Assembly (NCBI RefSeq): GCF_001194135.2
Contig: NC_068993.1
Coordinates: 58,006,270-58,055,145, forward strand
Reading direction: 5' to 3'
DNA length: 48,876 nt
Source of the DNA: Octopus bimaculoides
Lineage: Eukaryota
The position numbers were made by a program, and so were the translations under genes. Under the pieces are notes generated by a model that was given only the letters and a program-made list of their open reading frames with translations, ran no database searches and was not told where the DNA came from. This document shows, piece by piece, positions 23,608 through 37,022 of the stretch. Position 1 is the stretch's first letter; every line of letters starts with the position of its first letter.

Positions 23608-23803
23608 TTGTTCCCCACGACCACTTGACAACTGGTGCTGGCTCGTTTAGGTCTCCGTAACTTATCGCTTCGGTAAAATAGGATATGCACGAGGTTTAAA
23701 AAAATTAGAAGTACTGTGATGGAATCGTTCGACTAAAAAATTCTCCAAGACATTGCCCAGCCTGGTCGCAGTCTAATGACTGAAGCAAGTAAAAGATAAA
23801 AGA
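23345..23803 (+). mobile_element. Near full-length SINE family A, variant 3' half
   Basis: Head, CORE-like gtggcaccttgagcaagtgtc, long (TG)n, tail gcagtctaatgactgaagcaagtaaaagataaaaga. Confidence 0.85.
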
Positions 23804-24798
23804 TTAAAAAGGAGAGTGGTTACTTGATTCAGCAACAAAAAGCAGCCAGGTCTCCTTGAAGAAACAGAAATGATCAAGTCGTTTACATACTGCCTGTCGA
23901 CACTAAAAATGTAATCACATTACTGTGACGTTGAAGAATAATGTTTTCCTGAATAAATGATGTCAATAATACTGTTGCTTCAGCAATATCATTTTTAAAC
24001 AAACGAAGTCAATACTGCTAGAGCAATTAAAATTATAAAGAAATGTAGTAAATTGTGTTCACGTAGGGCTACTAAAATGTGTGAATAGGACGCGTAAACT
24101 CTCCAGTTTCATATGCAATTTACAGTACATTAAAAAAACATTTATATAATGTAACAGCAAATAAATTTTATGAAACTGAAATAAGTGTGGAGCTTTTGAT
24201 AAAAAGGCTTATATTTCATAAAATAAAAGAAGATAAAAAATTGTCCTAATATTCAATGGTTGTCAAAGAGACCAATGAAGAGAGAATAATTTTCTAAAAA
24301 AAAATTATGAGGACGTGAAATTTCCCGAACTTTCAGAAGTTTTCATTTGTGACGCATATTACATATGGAGAAAAAAAGAAAAAAAGAAGTCTGAACTGTA
24401 ATGGCTTCCTAATCTAAGAATTTCGTATCCACTTTGTATATCATGGTTCAGTTTATTTCAAGATTTCCTGCCAATAGAAAAGGAATCGGTTTCTAAGCTA
24501 GATTCAAAACTCCTTCATTGGAATTTCAACATCAACAGGGCATATTTGTACTATATATGTATGTATGTATGTATGTACGTGTAAGCGTGCGTGTATGTGT
24601 ATGTATGTATGTATGTATGTATGTATGTATGCATGTGCGCTTATTTCCTCCCATGTAAATGTGTCTATCTATGTAAATATCTATTTAGTTTCGTAGCAAG
24701 TGAGGTAGCTACATTGCTCTTCTCACACACACTCTCGTCCCTGCTTCAGTACCCTCTCTTTCTCTTTCGCTCTCTCTCTCTCTCTCTCTCTCTCTCGT

Positions 24799-24840
<42 letters not shown>

Positions 24841-24993
24841 GCAACAAACACAGACACCCACACACTCCCTCTCTTTCTATTTCCCCCTCGTACACAGCTG
24901 TAACATCTCTGAAGTTCATGAAGCATTAAATATGACTACACATTAATGTCCCCGTTTATTGGACGACAGGTCATCAGGGTAAAACAGGGCCAT

Positions 24994-25029
<36 letters not shown>

Positions 25030-26029
25030 CCACACACGCATACACACGCATGCACACACACAACACGGAAGCATTCATGCACAGACGCACGCCTTCACAC
25101 ACGCGCATGCACAACAGTCAATGNNNNNNNNNNNNNNNNNNNNNNNNNNNNNNNNNNNNNNNNNNNNNNNNNNNNNNNNNNNNNNNNNNNNNNNNNNNNN
25201 NNNNNNNNNNNNNNNNNNNNNNNNNNNNNNNNNNNNNNNNNNNNNNNNNNNNNNNNNNNNNNNNNNNNNNNNNNNNNNNNNNNNNNNNNNNNNNNNNNNN
25301 NNNNNNNNNNNNNNNNNNNNNNNNNNNNNNNNNNNNNNNNNNNNNNNNNNNNNNNNNNNNNNNNNNNNNNNNNNNNNNNNNNNNNNNNNNNNNNNNNNNN
25401 NNNNNNNNNNNNNNNNNNNNNNNNNNNNNNNNNNNNNNNNNNNNNNNNNNNNNNNNNNNNNNNNNNNNNNNNNNNNNNNNNNNNNNNNNNNNNNNNNNNN
25501 NNNNNNNNNNNNNNNNNNNNNNNNNNNNNNNNNNNNNNNNNNNNNNNNNNNNNNNNNNNNNNNNNNNNNNNNNNNNNNNNNNNNNNNNNNNNNNNNNNNN
25601 NNNNNNNNNNTATATATATATATGTATATATATATATAAATGTGTGTTTGCGTGTGTATGATTGTCTGTGTGTGTCTGTCTCTGTGTGTACAAATATATA
25701 CCCACACTCGTATACTCATATGCCTAGATTTCTATATAAATCCATGCGAGCATTGCTGATCGTTGTAGTGATGCTGACGTGATATTCAAGGTTTTGTTAT
25801 ATAGATATTCGTAACCCGGTCGATATTGGATCAGTTAGCAATCAAGTGATTCGTGGTTCGAAAACGACCGCTGCCACAAAACTTATAAGGCACTTTATCA
25901 CCAGTAACATCACAAAGGAATATGATTCACAAATATATCGTCCTCTTGAATCCTATCGAGTGTATATATACACATACATACTTGCATATATATATGCATA
26001 TATATGTGTATATATGTGTGTGTATGTGT

Positions 26030-26248
26030 CTGTGTGTCTGTGTTTGTCTTCCTCCCCCAATATCACTTGTCAACCGATGCTGGTGTGTTTAGGTCCCCGT
26101 AACTTAGCGGTTCGGCAAAAAATTCCGATAGAATAAGTACTAGGCTTACAAAGAATAAGTCCTGGGGTCGATTTGCTCGACTAAAGGTGATGCTCCAGCA
26201 TGGCCGCAGTCAATAACTGAAACAAGTAAAAGAGTAAAAAGAGTAAGA
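26030..26248 (+). mobile_element. SINE family A 3' half
   Basis: Collinear with the reverse complement of 10720-10920. Confidence 0.9.
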
Positions 26249-26277
26249 TTATGTATGTATGTATGTATGTATGTATG

Positions 26278-26356
<79 letters not shown>

Positions 26357-27136
26357 NNNNNNNNNNTTCTATCATATCGCTCTTTAAATCGCAGATTCAC
26401 TTAGTAAAACAAACCTCATCCATATACATGACTTCGACATTTTCAGTTCCCTCACTCACGCATACAAACAACTCACATCTAATCCCGCACATATAAATAT
26501 TGCTGAATTTTTCTGTTTGCTAATGTTAAGAGTATTCTATGAAAAAAATTAAGTGTGTAAATTGTGTTAGGAGTCGAAGTTTCTAAAATCTTAGCTTTAT
26601 TCACAAGGTTAAAATTGGGAAGCTGCATAACTAAGCTATTTCGTTATATGATTAGATACTAAAATTTGATTGGTTGTTGAAAAACTTTTAAAATGTTTGT
26701 CACGAATTTATTATTTGCAGATCATGTGCTATTTTTATATGTCGAGGCAAAAAAAAACAAGCGATATTTTCGTGTTTTCGCAGTTTATGTGTGCAAAATA
26801 CAGGAAAGTAAAGATAGTGATCACATTTTATGCATTTTAGCTTCAGAAATAACTTTATTTTTTTTTCTTTGTTGACTATTATTCACGTTGTGGCAAATTC
26901 CTATCGTGAGAAATAATTTATTCTAATTAATTGGGATTTTTAAATTCTTTGATAATAATAATGTATGCGTATGCAAGAATTCACCGATACTAATCTCTTA
27001 TTTATCATTGCAGACGTTTTTATTAGGATATGATTCTCCTCCGAGAGACAAAGCTCATATCTTAGAGAAGCATTAGTGTAAGGACGCACATGCTCTATAA
27101 TTAATTTATTTCATTGTTAATTTTTTAATATCCTCC

Positions 27137-27316
27137 AAGGCAGCAATATGGCAGAATTGTTAGCACGCAAGCCAGAATTCCTTTGCTGCATTTCGTCCGT
27201 CATGATAAAATAAGTGACACGCATTGATAAAAAAATGTACCATATTAACACTTGGGTCGATATCATTGACTCACCCCTCCTCCGAAATCGCTGGCTTTGT
27301 ATCAACATTTGAAACC
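27137..27316 (+). mobile_element. SINE family B, diverged and internally deleted
   Basis: aaggcagcaatatggcagaattgttagcacgc...tgggtcgatatcattgact. Confidence 0.65.
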
Positions 27317-27688
27317 AATATTAACATTTATCCAATCTACGTTTGTGTGTAGTGTACTGTTCCATGATATTAAGATCAGCAAAAAAGTAATCCATCTGCT
27401 GAGAGATAAATATTACTTAAAAAACACAAGGTATCTTTTTATGTGCTATTATTAATTTCATGCGCTGAGAGCATAATTATTGATATTATATCATATTATA
27501 TTACTTTTATTATATATTATGTTATATTATAATATAAATGAATTATTGGATTGTCATTTGTATCTCTCTATTTAATTTATTGTTTTATATATATATATAT
27601 AATGTGTGCATATATATATACGTATATATAATATAGATAAGATATATATACATACACATGCGTATATGTACATACTGACATCTACACG

Positions 27689-27721
<33 letters not shown>

Positions 27722-29199
27722 GCATATGTGGGCACAGGACGTCATGAAACGTATACAACAAAGAAATACGAAGCACGAGTACATGGAATATGAACTATTC
27801 TTTCGAACAACGAAGAACACAAATGGTAAACAAAACAAACAACATAAAGTACGAACCTTCGTCAGTTGTCGGCTGCTTTTCTAGTCTCGTATTTCTAGTC
27901 TCATATTCTAACGGTGTAAACATACATACACACCAATAAACATATGTATGTGATACAGAGGAGAAGTCTTTCTTTGACTGCATATGTATATTGGGATAAT
28001 CTATTTTATAAGGATCTTCTGTAAGCCCTGTATATCATATTTTCCTTGCATTTGCAAATTATACCTGAAGTTGATAATTTCATGCGTAGAAAGACACATA
28101 CCAATCAGAGACCTGGTTATTAGGATTGATGTAATTATATAAAGGAGGAGAGTTTGCGATCTCGTGAATAAATTGTTTTCTGCCATTGATACTAGTTACA
28201 GAGAAGTTTCTCACCTGAAGGCCATTTGTATTATCATCTTATAATGTCTATAGTTTAGAAGAAAACTATGGCTACATTTAAGAATAAGGATAATTACCTT
28301 ATATAATATTTCGCTTTCTATATTTACATTTATGTATCTATGTGTATTTGTTATCTTCCGTGTATCGTATCTTTTCAGCCAGAGACATTTAATACAACAT
28401 AATGAATAGAACGGTTAAAGGCTTTCTCATTAAATGACTATCTGGATTACTATTTATTTAAAGTATTACATAGAATACAGAGCTTGGTAGTAATTTATAT
28501 TATTATACTTCAATTTCTTGCAGAGTTTACTATAAGAAAAGTATTTAGTCTTGCCTAAACCTAATTTTATATTGAATAAATTCACTACACTCAGATATTT
28601 ATTTAGTAAGATCTTCAAATAGAATTCTAAATATTTTAAAGATCTTACTTCTAGCCGCATCATTTGTGTGGCTATTCATATTTCATAGAATGAATAGTCC
28701 GTAATCAAGGTAGATAGATAACTGTATCTTTCCCAAAGTATATCTATGATTTGCAATCTTATCAATTCTCGAACGTTAACCCCGTTGCACTAGGCCCGTT
28801 GCATCAACCAATTCTGATCATTATATTTAATCCAAGAAGATTCGAAATAGAGCAAAGATTTCTATTCTCCCTAACTATGTTTAATTACACTGATATCCAA
28901 ATCATAAATTCTAATAAAACCTCTACCGAAACCTTTCTAATCCAGCAAACAGTTCAAGAGTTTGTCTCAATATTTCAAAGATTTTGCTAAACCTGACAAT
29001 GAAGCAATTCGCTGTTGAGAATGCGTATCGAGAAATCACATAAGAAGTGGAGCTAGAGTTTCACAAAACACTTCATTGATTTTATAGCCAATATAAACAG
29101 AAGGATTTGCCAGGACAATCTCGGAAACTCTTGTTCTGTGTCGTTGTAATTACTCTAATATTTAGCCTTTCAGATATATGTCTGTTTATTATATATGCA

Positions 29200-29518
<319 letters not shown>

Positions 29519-30438
29519 GTATTATAGCAATTATTGCGGTGAACTACCACCATTAATCTTTCATATAATCTTCACAAAAAAGATTCTCTTCTCTCCCAAT
29601 GTGAGTTCTCTCCCTTGCTTTCCTTGAAAATTCAGTGATAGACACTAATGTTTCTTCTTACAGTTACACGTTTAAGCTCTGTGTATGAGTTCAGCTAACT
29701 TTCTAAATTTCCTAATGAGTAGAAATAAAGTATGCATGGCAACACCGTGTGATCACAAAATGGTAGTAATGAAAGAAGATTGATAGAGAAGAAGAGTGAT
29801 AAATGTGAGCGTGAAAGAAAGCTGACTGGTGGAAACGAATATGACTGTTCCCATCAAAATATCTCTGTTGTGTGTGTTAACAGCAGGTCGCATTGATCAA
29901 AAAGAGCTATGATTAAAAGCGCTCCACCTATGACCGACCCGTATGTTTATTTTCTAATGGTTTCTTATATACTTGTAGTAGTGGTAGGATTCACCCGGGC
30001 TGGACTGTGCCGGTTCCTATGTAGTGTTGGTAGTAACGATTATAGTGTTGGCTGTAGTGTCGATGGTGATGGCATCGTAGTGGCAATGAACCTTGTGGTG
30101 TTGGGTGTAGTAGCTGTGAGAATAACAGTTTTAGTGGTGTCATTAACTTGTTAATTGAAAATTAGTTGAAATGTGAGAAAATGAAGAAAGCGTATGGTAG
30201 GGTGCGAGGTCTAGCGTTAAAGGGAAAAGGAAGGAGAGGTGAGAGGAAGGGGTAAAAAGTTTGGGAGGAACCAAATGGAGGTAGTAAGAGGTTTTAATAG
30301 TAGTGAGAGATAGAGGGGTCGTGAGGTGAGTAAGAGGGAATGCGTGGTGGAAGTAAATGTTAATATTGAGAACCTGCGGTTGAGGAGAAGGAAAGAGGGC
30401 GAGAAAGAGCGAGAGAGCGACATAGAGAGAGAGAGAGT

Positions 30439-30472
<34 letters not shown>

Positions 30473-31127
30473 CAGAAAGACAGATATTTAGTTAGACTGA
30501 TAGATATATCAATTAGTCAGTGTGAAAGAAATAGAAAGGTGGTGCGGCGAAATGAGGGAAAGGCAGAGTTAGAGAGAGAAAAGGGGTGTAGATGTCCAAT
30601 GTGAGTTGGGTGGGAAAGGGAGAGTGGGGAACGTAAGAGGAAGCGATGGAAGAGTGGAAGTAAGAGGTAGAGAATATGAGAGAGAGAGAGGGGGGATGTG
30701 AGGAGAAACAGCAGGTGGTGCTTATTGGGAAAATGGGATTGGAGCAAAACGTAAATGGAAGAGGATGAGACGAGTGAGTGAGGGGTGAAAGTTGAGAGGA
30801 GGGGACTGAGACAGAAAGGGTCTCGGTCTAAGGGAAAGAGAACGAGAGAGAGAAAGAGGACATATGAAACATAGAAGATGAGGGCGTGAAAGAGAGAGAG
30901 GGAGGAGAAATAAAGTTGAAGAGGAGAGAAAAGATTATAATGAGAGGCGAGGGGAAATGAGGGAGTGTTAGGTGAGGTTAGGTATTGGAAAAAATTGGCA
31001 TTAGGGGGATTAAGTGAAATGAAGTCAAACTGATTGACAAAGAAAGGGAGGGGGAGAGGTGTGCGGGAGTGATAGTGAGAGGAGACCGCACGAAAGAGAG
31101 GGGAGCAAAGAATGAGTCAGAAATTGA

Positions 31128-31345
31128 TATTTGTTTCTACTCTAAGCACAAGGCCCGACATTTTGGGGGAGGGGTCCAGTCGATTGGATCGTCTCCAGTA
31201 CGCAACTGGTACTTAATTTATCGACCGCGAAAGGATGAAATGCAAAGTCGACTTCGGTGAAATTTGAACTCAGGACGTAATGACAGGCGAAATACTACTG
31301 AGCTTTTCGCCAGGTGAGCTAACGTTTCAGCCAGCTCGCCGCCTT
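31128..31345 (-). mobile_element. SINE family B copy
   Basis: Ends ccagctcgccgcctt (reverse complement of the family head); gaactcag B-box region; ctggtacttaatttatcgac. Confidence 0.85.
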
Positions 31346-31442
31346 TGAGTCACAAATTGATATAGAAACAGAGTGAAGTAGAGGCGGAGAAAAAAGGAGA
31401 TGGAGAGAGGAAAGGGAGAGAGAGAGAGCGAGAGAGAAAGAG

Positions 31443-31478
<36 letters not shown>

Positions 31479-31606
31479 AAAAGTGAAAGTAAGAGAAAAA
31501 TTAGAGAAAAAAGGATATACGTTGCAAACTAAAGGAAAGGAAAAGTCTAAGAGAATGAGATAGAAAAGAAAAGAGACAGCGATGTGGGTATGCATATGCT
31601 TGCGTG

Positions 31607-31664
<58 letters not shown>

Positions 31665-31708
31665 CGTGTACTTGTGTGTGGGTGGCAAACATAATATTTA
31701 GCTGATAG

Positions 31709-31942
31709 TAAGGAGATGAGCTGGCAGATTAGGTAGAAAGCCCATCCCCCCCAAAAAAAAAGTAATGCTGACATTTCGTCCGTCTTAACTGAGTTCAATT
31801 TCCGTCGAGGGTGACTTTACTTTTCATTCTTTCGGGGGTCAATAAAGCATATATATATTATCTGAGTTCTGGACTCAGTGTGATCGACTTGCCCAACTCC
31901 ACGTAAATTGCTGGCCTCGTGCCTAAATTTGAGACCAATATT
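31709..31942 (+). mobile_element. SINE family B copy, diverged
   Basis: aaggagatgagctggcaga...ctgagttcaatttccgtcgag...ggcctcgtgcc. Confidence 0.7.
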
Positions 31943-32111
31943 TCGCTGTTTCAGAAAGAGGCAGGGTTAGTGCTTGCGTATGTGTGTGCAAGAGTGAATT
32001 TATTGTAAGGGACATAAAACTAGGGATACGCTGATAGATAATCAGGGACACAATCATAAGGAAGGAGACAGCATAAACTCCATATAGTATAAAACTTAAA
32101 GGGAGACAGGC

Positions 32112-32174
<63 letters not shown>

Positions 32175-32589
32175 GTAAATGTGAGAGTTAGTCACATGTC
32201 GAGTTGGATACATTACAACACATGAAATGGAAAATGCAATATATACAGAGAAGAATGTAGTGCTGTCCATAGATATACACACATGCATACGATCATATGC
32301 ACATACACACACATACACAGACACACACGCATATATATGAGAGAGAGAGAGAGGGAGGGAGGAGAAAGATTGAGGGGCGTGTTTGCATATATATACATAT
32401 ATATATGTATATATATATATATATATGTATATATTGGTGTTTTTTGCGATCAATCAGAGGGAGTATTGTAAAGTACATGTAAGAGCTGGGATTGACTCAC
32501 CTGTTATTATTTTCAAAGGGAGAAACTGCAGGGAACGGGAAGGGAGGTGAGTGAGGGAAATCGTGGGGTAATTGAGAGTGGAACGAAGG

Positions 32590-32650
<61 letters not shown>

Positions 32651-33494
32651 TAACGAAGAAAGGTTTGGGAAATTGAAGTGAAAGAGAGAGAGGAAAATTA
32701 AAATGGCCGCCGGCTTCCGGTCAGCTCTATGACTGAAGAGCTCTCATTTCGGTTGAGATAGAAAAATGATGAGTAATTAAGAGATGAAAAGGAAAAAAAA
32801 ATTCGGGTCGTAGGTATGGTAGGGGATAGGGGCTGTTCAAAACATAAAATAAAAGGAATGCAAAACTATAAAGCGATGGCGTGGGTGGGGTGGGGTTGGG
32901 GAAGATGGAGGTGGTGATAAAGCTGGAAATAAAACTAGAAGGTAAAGGAGAAAGAGAGAGAAAAGAGAGGGAGGAGATACAGAGACACAGAGAGAGGGTG
33001 AGGGGAGAAAGAGAGATAAAAAAAAAGAGAGAGGGTGATGAGAAAAATAGAGAAACCAAGCAAGAAAGAAAGAAAGTAATAGAGAAAGAAAGACGGAAAG
33101 AAATGAGTTACTTAGAGGTTTCTGAAGAAATAAATGAAAGAATGACAGAACGCAAGCGAATAAATAAATAAATAATCACAAAAATGAATAAATGTGAAAA
33201 AAATGGGAAAGAGTAGAGGTCAAATATGCGTTCACAATTTATAGACTTCAGTTTGGGTTTGAAGAAACATGATCTCTATATTAAGAAAATGATCTTTATT
33301 TATAGAGAGGGTATGGAGCGAGGGTAGGAAGCAAGTCTCAGGGTTGTAATGCTCATGACGAATTATAGAAGATATATTTAATCCATAACCCCGTTTAACT
33401 CCATTGCCTTATATTAAAAATGCTATTAGTTGGGACGACGATGAGCAAGCATTTCGAGATCTGATGAATGTGTATCACTCATCAATGTGTAGAA

Positions 33495-33962
33495 GTTAAG
33501 CTGTTTGATGAGAAACACCGTGGTCTTCATTTCGATCCTGACGTGCGGCAACTGCGCACGCGTTTTCTACTGTAGCTCTCCTTTCTAGCGAAGCCTCGTG
33601 AAAGAAATTTGGTTGATGGAAGACTATCGGAGGAACGGATAAATTTCTTGGATGGTGAACTTAATCTATCACCCTGATTAACACCATCACCTGGGTGTTA
33701 AAGAGAGTGCATTTAGAAGTGTCTACCCTACACGTAATCAGAGTAAGTTTCCAATCTATAGATAAGATCCTAGCGAAACCTTATGAACAAAATTTGGCGG
33801 AGGGATACTGTGAGGAAGCCCATTGGTGGAACGAACTTCTTGTGTGGTAAGCTTAATCCACCGCCCTGTTTAACAACACCACCTGGGCGTTAAATAGAGT
33901 GCATTTTGCAGAATCTACCCAACGAGTAATCCGAGTGTACTTCCTGTCTTTATATAGGATTT
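33495..33962 (+). repeat. Decayed SINE-A head followed by a diverged ~190-bp tandem dimer
   Basis: Units ~33585-33769 and ~33770-33962 share ctagcgaa.cct..tgaa..aaatttgg, cttaatc, cacctggg.gttaaa.agagtgcattt, gtaatc.gagt. Confidence 0.75.
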
Positions 33963-34158
33963 TTTCCATCAGCCCACCCACAAGGGAGATTGGAAAGAAG
34001 AACTCTGCGCACCACTATTTTGCCCTGGAACTAGTCATTCAAAAGAATAAAGTGGTGTGTCATTTCTCCTTATGCACAAGTTTTAATACAGAAATGTGCT
34101 GTTTTCGTATAATAAGGGAATCAATTGTATAAAACGAACCAAGTACTACATTACTATT

Positions 34159-34450
34159 TTACTCTTTAACTCTTTTACTTGTTTCAGTCATTTGACTGTG
34201 GCCATACTGGAGCACCGCCTATAGTCGAGCAAATCGACCCCAGGACTTATTCTTTGTAAGCCTAGTTCTTACCCTATCAGTCTCTTTCACCGAACCGCTA
34301 ACTTACGGGGACGTAAACACACCAACATTGGTTGTCAAGCGATGGTAGTACTTATTCTATCGGTCACTTTTGCCGAACCGCTAAGTTACGGGGACGTAAA
34401 CACACTAGCATCGGTTGTCAAACGATGTTGGGGGACAAATACAGACACAT
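34159..34450 (-). mobile_element. SINE family A 3' half with an 83-bp internal repeat
   Basis: Units 34263-34345 and 34346-34428. Confidence 0.9.
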
Positions 34451-35030
34451 AACCGACCAAGACATTGTTTTGCCTGCGGGTTCATTTATCTGTTGAGACG
34501 ACCTTATTTTAGAAGGAAGGACTACATATGTTTATTCATAACGGAAACACAAAACCACAAAATTTCGTGGAGTGGATGGAGGAGGGCTCATATCAACTGC
34601 AGTACATGAATGGTTCTTATGTTATATGTCTCGTTATATCTGTTGCATGTAAGTATGCAACCATTATCGACCACGCAGAAATGTTGAGCACAGCTACTAA
34701 TTCATATTCGATATCTTACATCTCTGTGTTAACTAACATATTCAGACATTAGAATATTATTGAAATTATTCTATAGTCTAATGCCCAAGATAGGAAATAT
34801 GATTTTCATGATGTCATTTTATCTACTTAACATAAGAGAAACCAAAGGAAGGATCTGATAGTAAGTAATTAAGAAAAGGAATTAACTAGCTTGGCCAGCG
34901 GTTAAGAGATTAAACTCACACTACCTAGAGAACATTCTAGTGAATAGCAAGAAGAGTTGATGTAATATACACAGCGATTGAAATGGACGCTTGTGAATTA
35001 CAATGAGTATTAAAACTTATTCAACACATG

Positions 35031-35256
35031 AATATTGGTTTGAAAATTTGACACAAGGCCAGAAATTTCAGGCAAAATGATGGGGTCAGTCGATTAAAGC
35101 GACTCCAGTGTTCAACTGGTACTTATTTTATCGACCACCAAGGCATAAAATGAAAACTCAGACCTAATAGCATTTGAACCTAAAAACTTAAAGTCGGAAG
35201 AAACGCCTTTAATCATTTTCCTTATCATGGAATCCAGACTGCCACCTCGCCACCTT
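35031..35256 (-). mobile_element. SINE family B copy, diverged
   Basis: cacaaggcc...agtcgattaaagcgactccagtgttcaactggtacttattttatcgac...ctgccacctcgccacctt. Confidence 0.75.
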
Positions 35257-35316
35257 AGGTGAGAGGAATATTATATACACAAAAACCATAGCATTATATA
35301 ACAAGAGATCTTGTGC

Positions 35317-35372
<56 letters not shown>

Positions 35373-36340
35373 ATGTGTGTGTGTGTGTGTGTGTGCGTGT
35401 GTGTGTGTGTGTGCGTGTGTGTGTGAGGGTATGCCAGAGTCTTGTATAAATGCCACCAGAAGTCAGGTTTCGAAAAGTTCAGGCCAGATGATGCTCTACA
35501 TTTCATTGGAATCTGATAACAAGACCCTCATCTCTGGCAAAATTATGGATTTCGCGATTCACGTGCTTGTAAATTTATAGTTGAGATAGCGAAGAAGACA
35601 CCTCCTCAGCTATTTTTCACAACAGTGATCATATCGTAAAATCAAATCGAAATAACTAGTTATATCGATCGAGTTTCAGAAATCGATCTATATTTTGAAT
35701 GATGCATGAAAGTTAAAATTCCTCTAATTTTAGAGCAATGCGTTGGTACAAGGACATATTAGAAATCTTGAGCAGAATCCAAAGCGGAAAACACTTGATG
35801 TTTCCTTTTTATAGAAATAATGTTCTCAGAGAACCAATAGTACTGCTATTTATTGTTTCTTATTTTTTATTACATAATCAGTCAAAAGGGATTGAATTTG
35901 ATAGAATTTTAAATATTTTTGTTCAAAGCGTATTTCCTCTACACATTCAGCATATGTTTTTATTGACTAACATATAATTTGGTTCAAAGGAATTTTTTCT
36001 ATGCGTTTAGAAGGATTGTAGGCTTACCGTATTTTAAATTCGTATATACGTTAACATTTAAAAGAAATTATTTGCATAAAATCTATGCTTAACATTCTGT
36101 TGGTAATGAAAGTTTCTAATAGCGAATTAATAAAGTAGATAGTCCTTAAATTCGTTAAACAAGGCATTAAGATGTGGGTATATGTATATATGTGTGTGTG
36201 TGTATGTTTGTGTATGAGTGTGTGTATATGTATATATGTGTATACACAAATATATATGCATAAATACATATAAAAATATACCCACACTCATATGTATATC
36301 TATCTGTCTCTCTCTCTGTCTCTCTCTCTCTCTCTATCTT

Positions 36341-36401
<61 letters not shown>

Positions 36402-36979
36402 CTATCATCTACACGTGGATGTATCTAATTGTATAAGAACATGTCTCGTTTCTGCAAAGCCAACTTTTAATAGCAGCGCAACAAGCAATATTAATGATGC
36501 ATTAGACTTCGTTATTAATAATGGAATACGAGAACAAACCGATTGAACAGAGTTTCGTGCAAACAGAGTGCGAATGAGGAATTAAACAAAATGGAAGCAA
36601 AATAAGACGAACTTATCTGAAATCAAAACAGCATTGTAGTTACAGGAATAGGATAGGTTTACATCATGTATGGTATAGACACATATGACTGAAACGTAAT
36701 GCTTTTGGATTGGTTTAATGCGAAGCGTATAAACAGAAAATGTTCAATGAGCATTGACACAAAATACTCGGATTCTGAGAGCTGCCATTTTAGTGTGTAA
36801 GATAAGGAGAGGAAAAGGTTAGAAAAATACGGAGAATGTCAACAGATATACTGGAAAACATTAGGTACATATAAATGCATAATCACACACACAAACACAA
36901 ACGCAAAACATATACACTCACACACAAAACACACACAGACACGCACACACACGAACACACAAATATATGTATGTGTGTG

Positions 36980-37022
<43 letters not shown>

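Larger units (their letters stand above)
30170..33220. repeat. Purine-rich (A/G on + strand) low-complexity domain with (GA)n, (GATA)n and (TG)n tracts
   Basis: Direct reading; interrupted by two SINE-B copies. Confidence 0.8.

Noticed and set aside
27014-27077. Possible 64-nt exon (cattgcag|...|gtaagg; TFLLGYDSPPRDKAHILEKH*)
   Set aside because: No recognisable homology, a stop in each frame, and no partner exons.
27790-27875. Minus-strand CTGACGAAGG core-like motif
   Set aside because: No stem II closing onto a nearby GAAA; not a hammerhead fold.
28560-28800. Minus-strand IYFGKDT...MNSH, faintly GIY-YIG-like
   Set aside because: Motifs in different frames with many stops; could be chance in AT-rich DNA.
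34887-34906. tagcttggccagcggttaag, tRNA D-arm-like
   Set aside because: No B-box or cloverleaf follows; no true tRNA or rRNA gene found in the window (SINE heads are tRNA-derived, not tRNAs).
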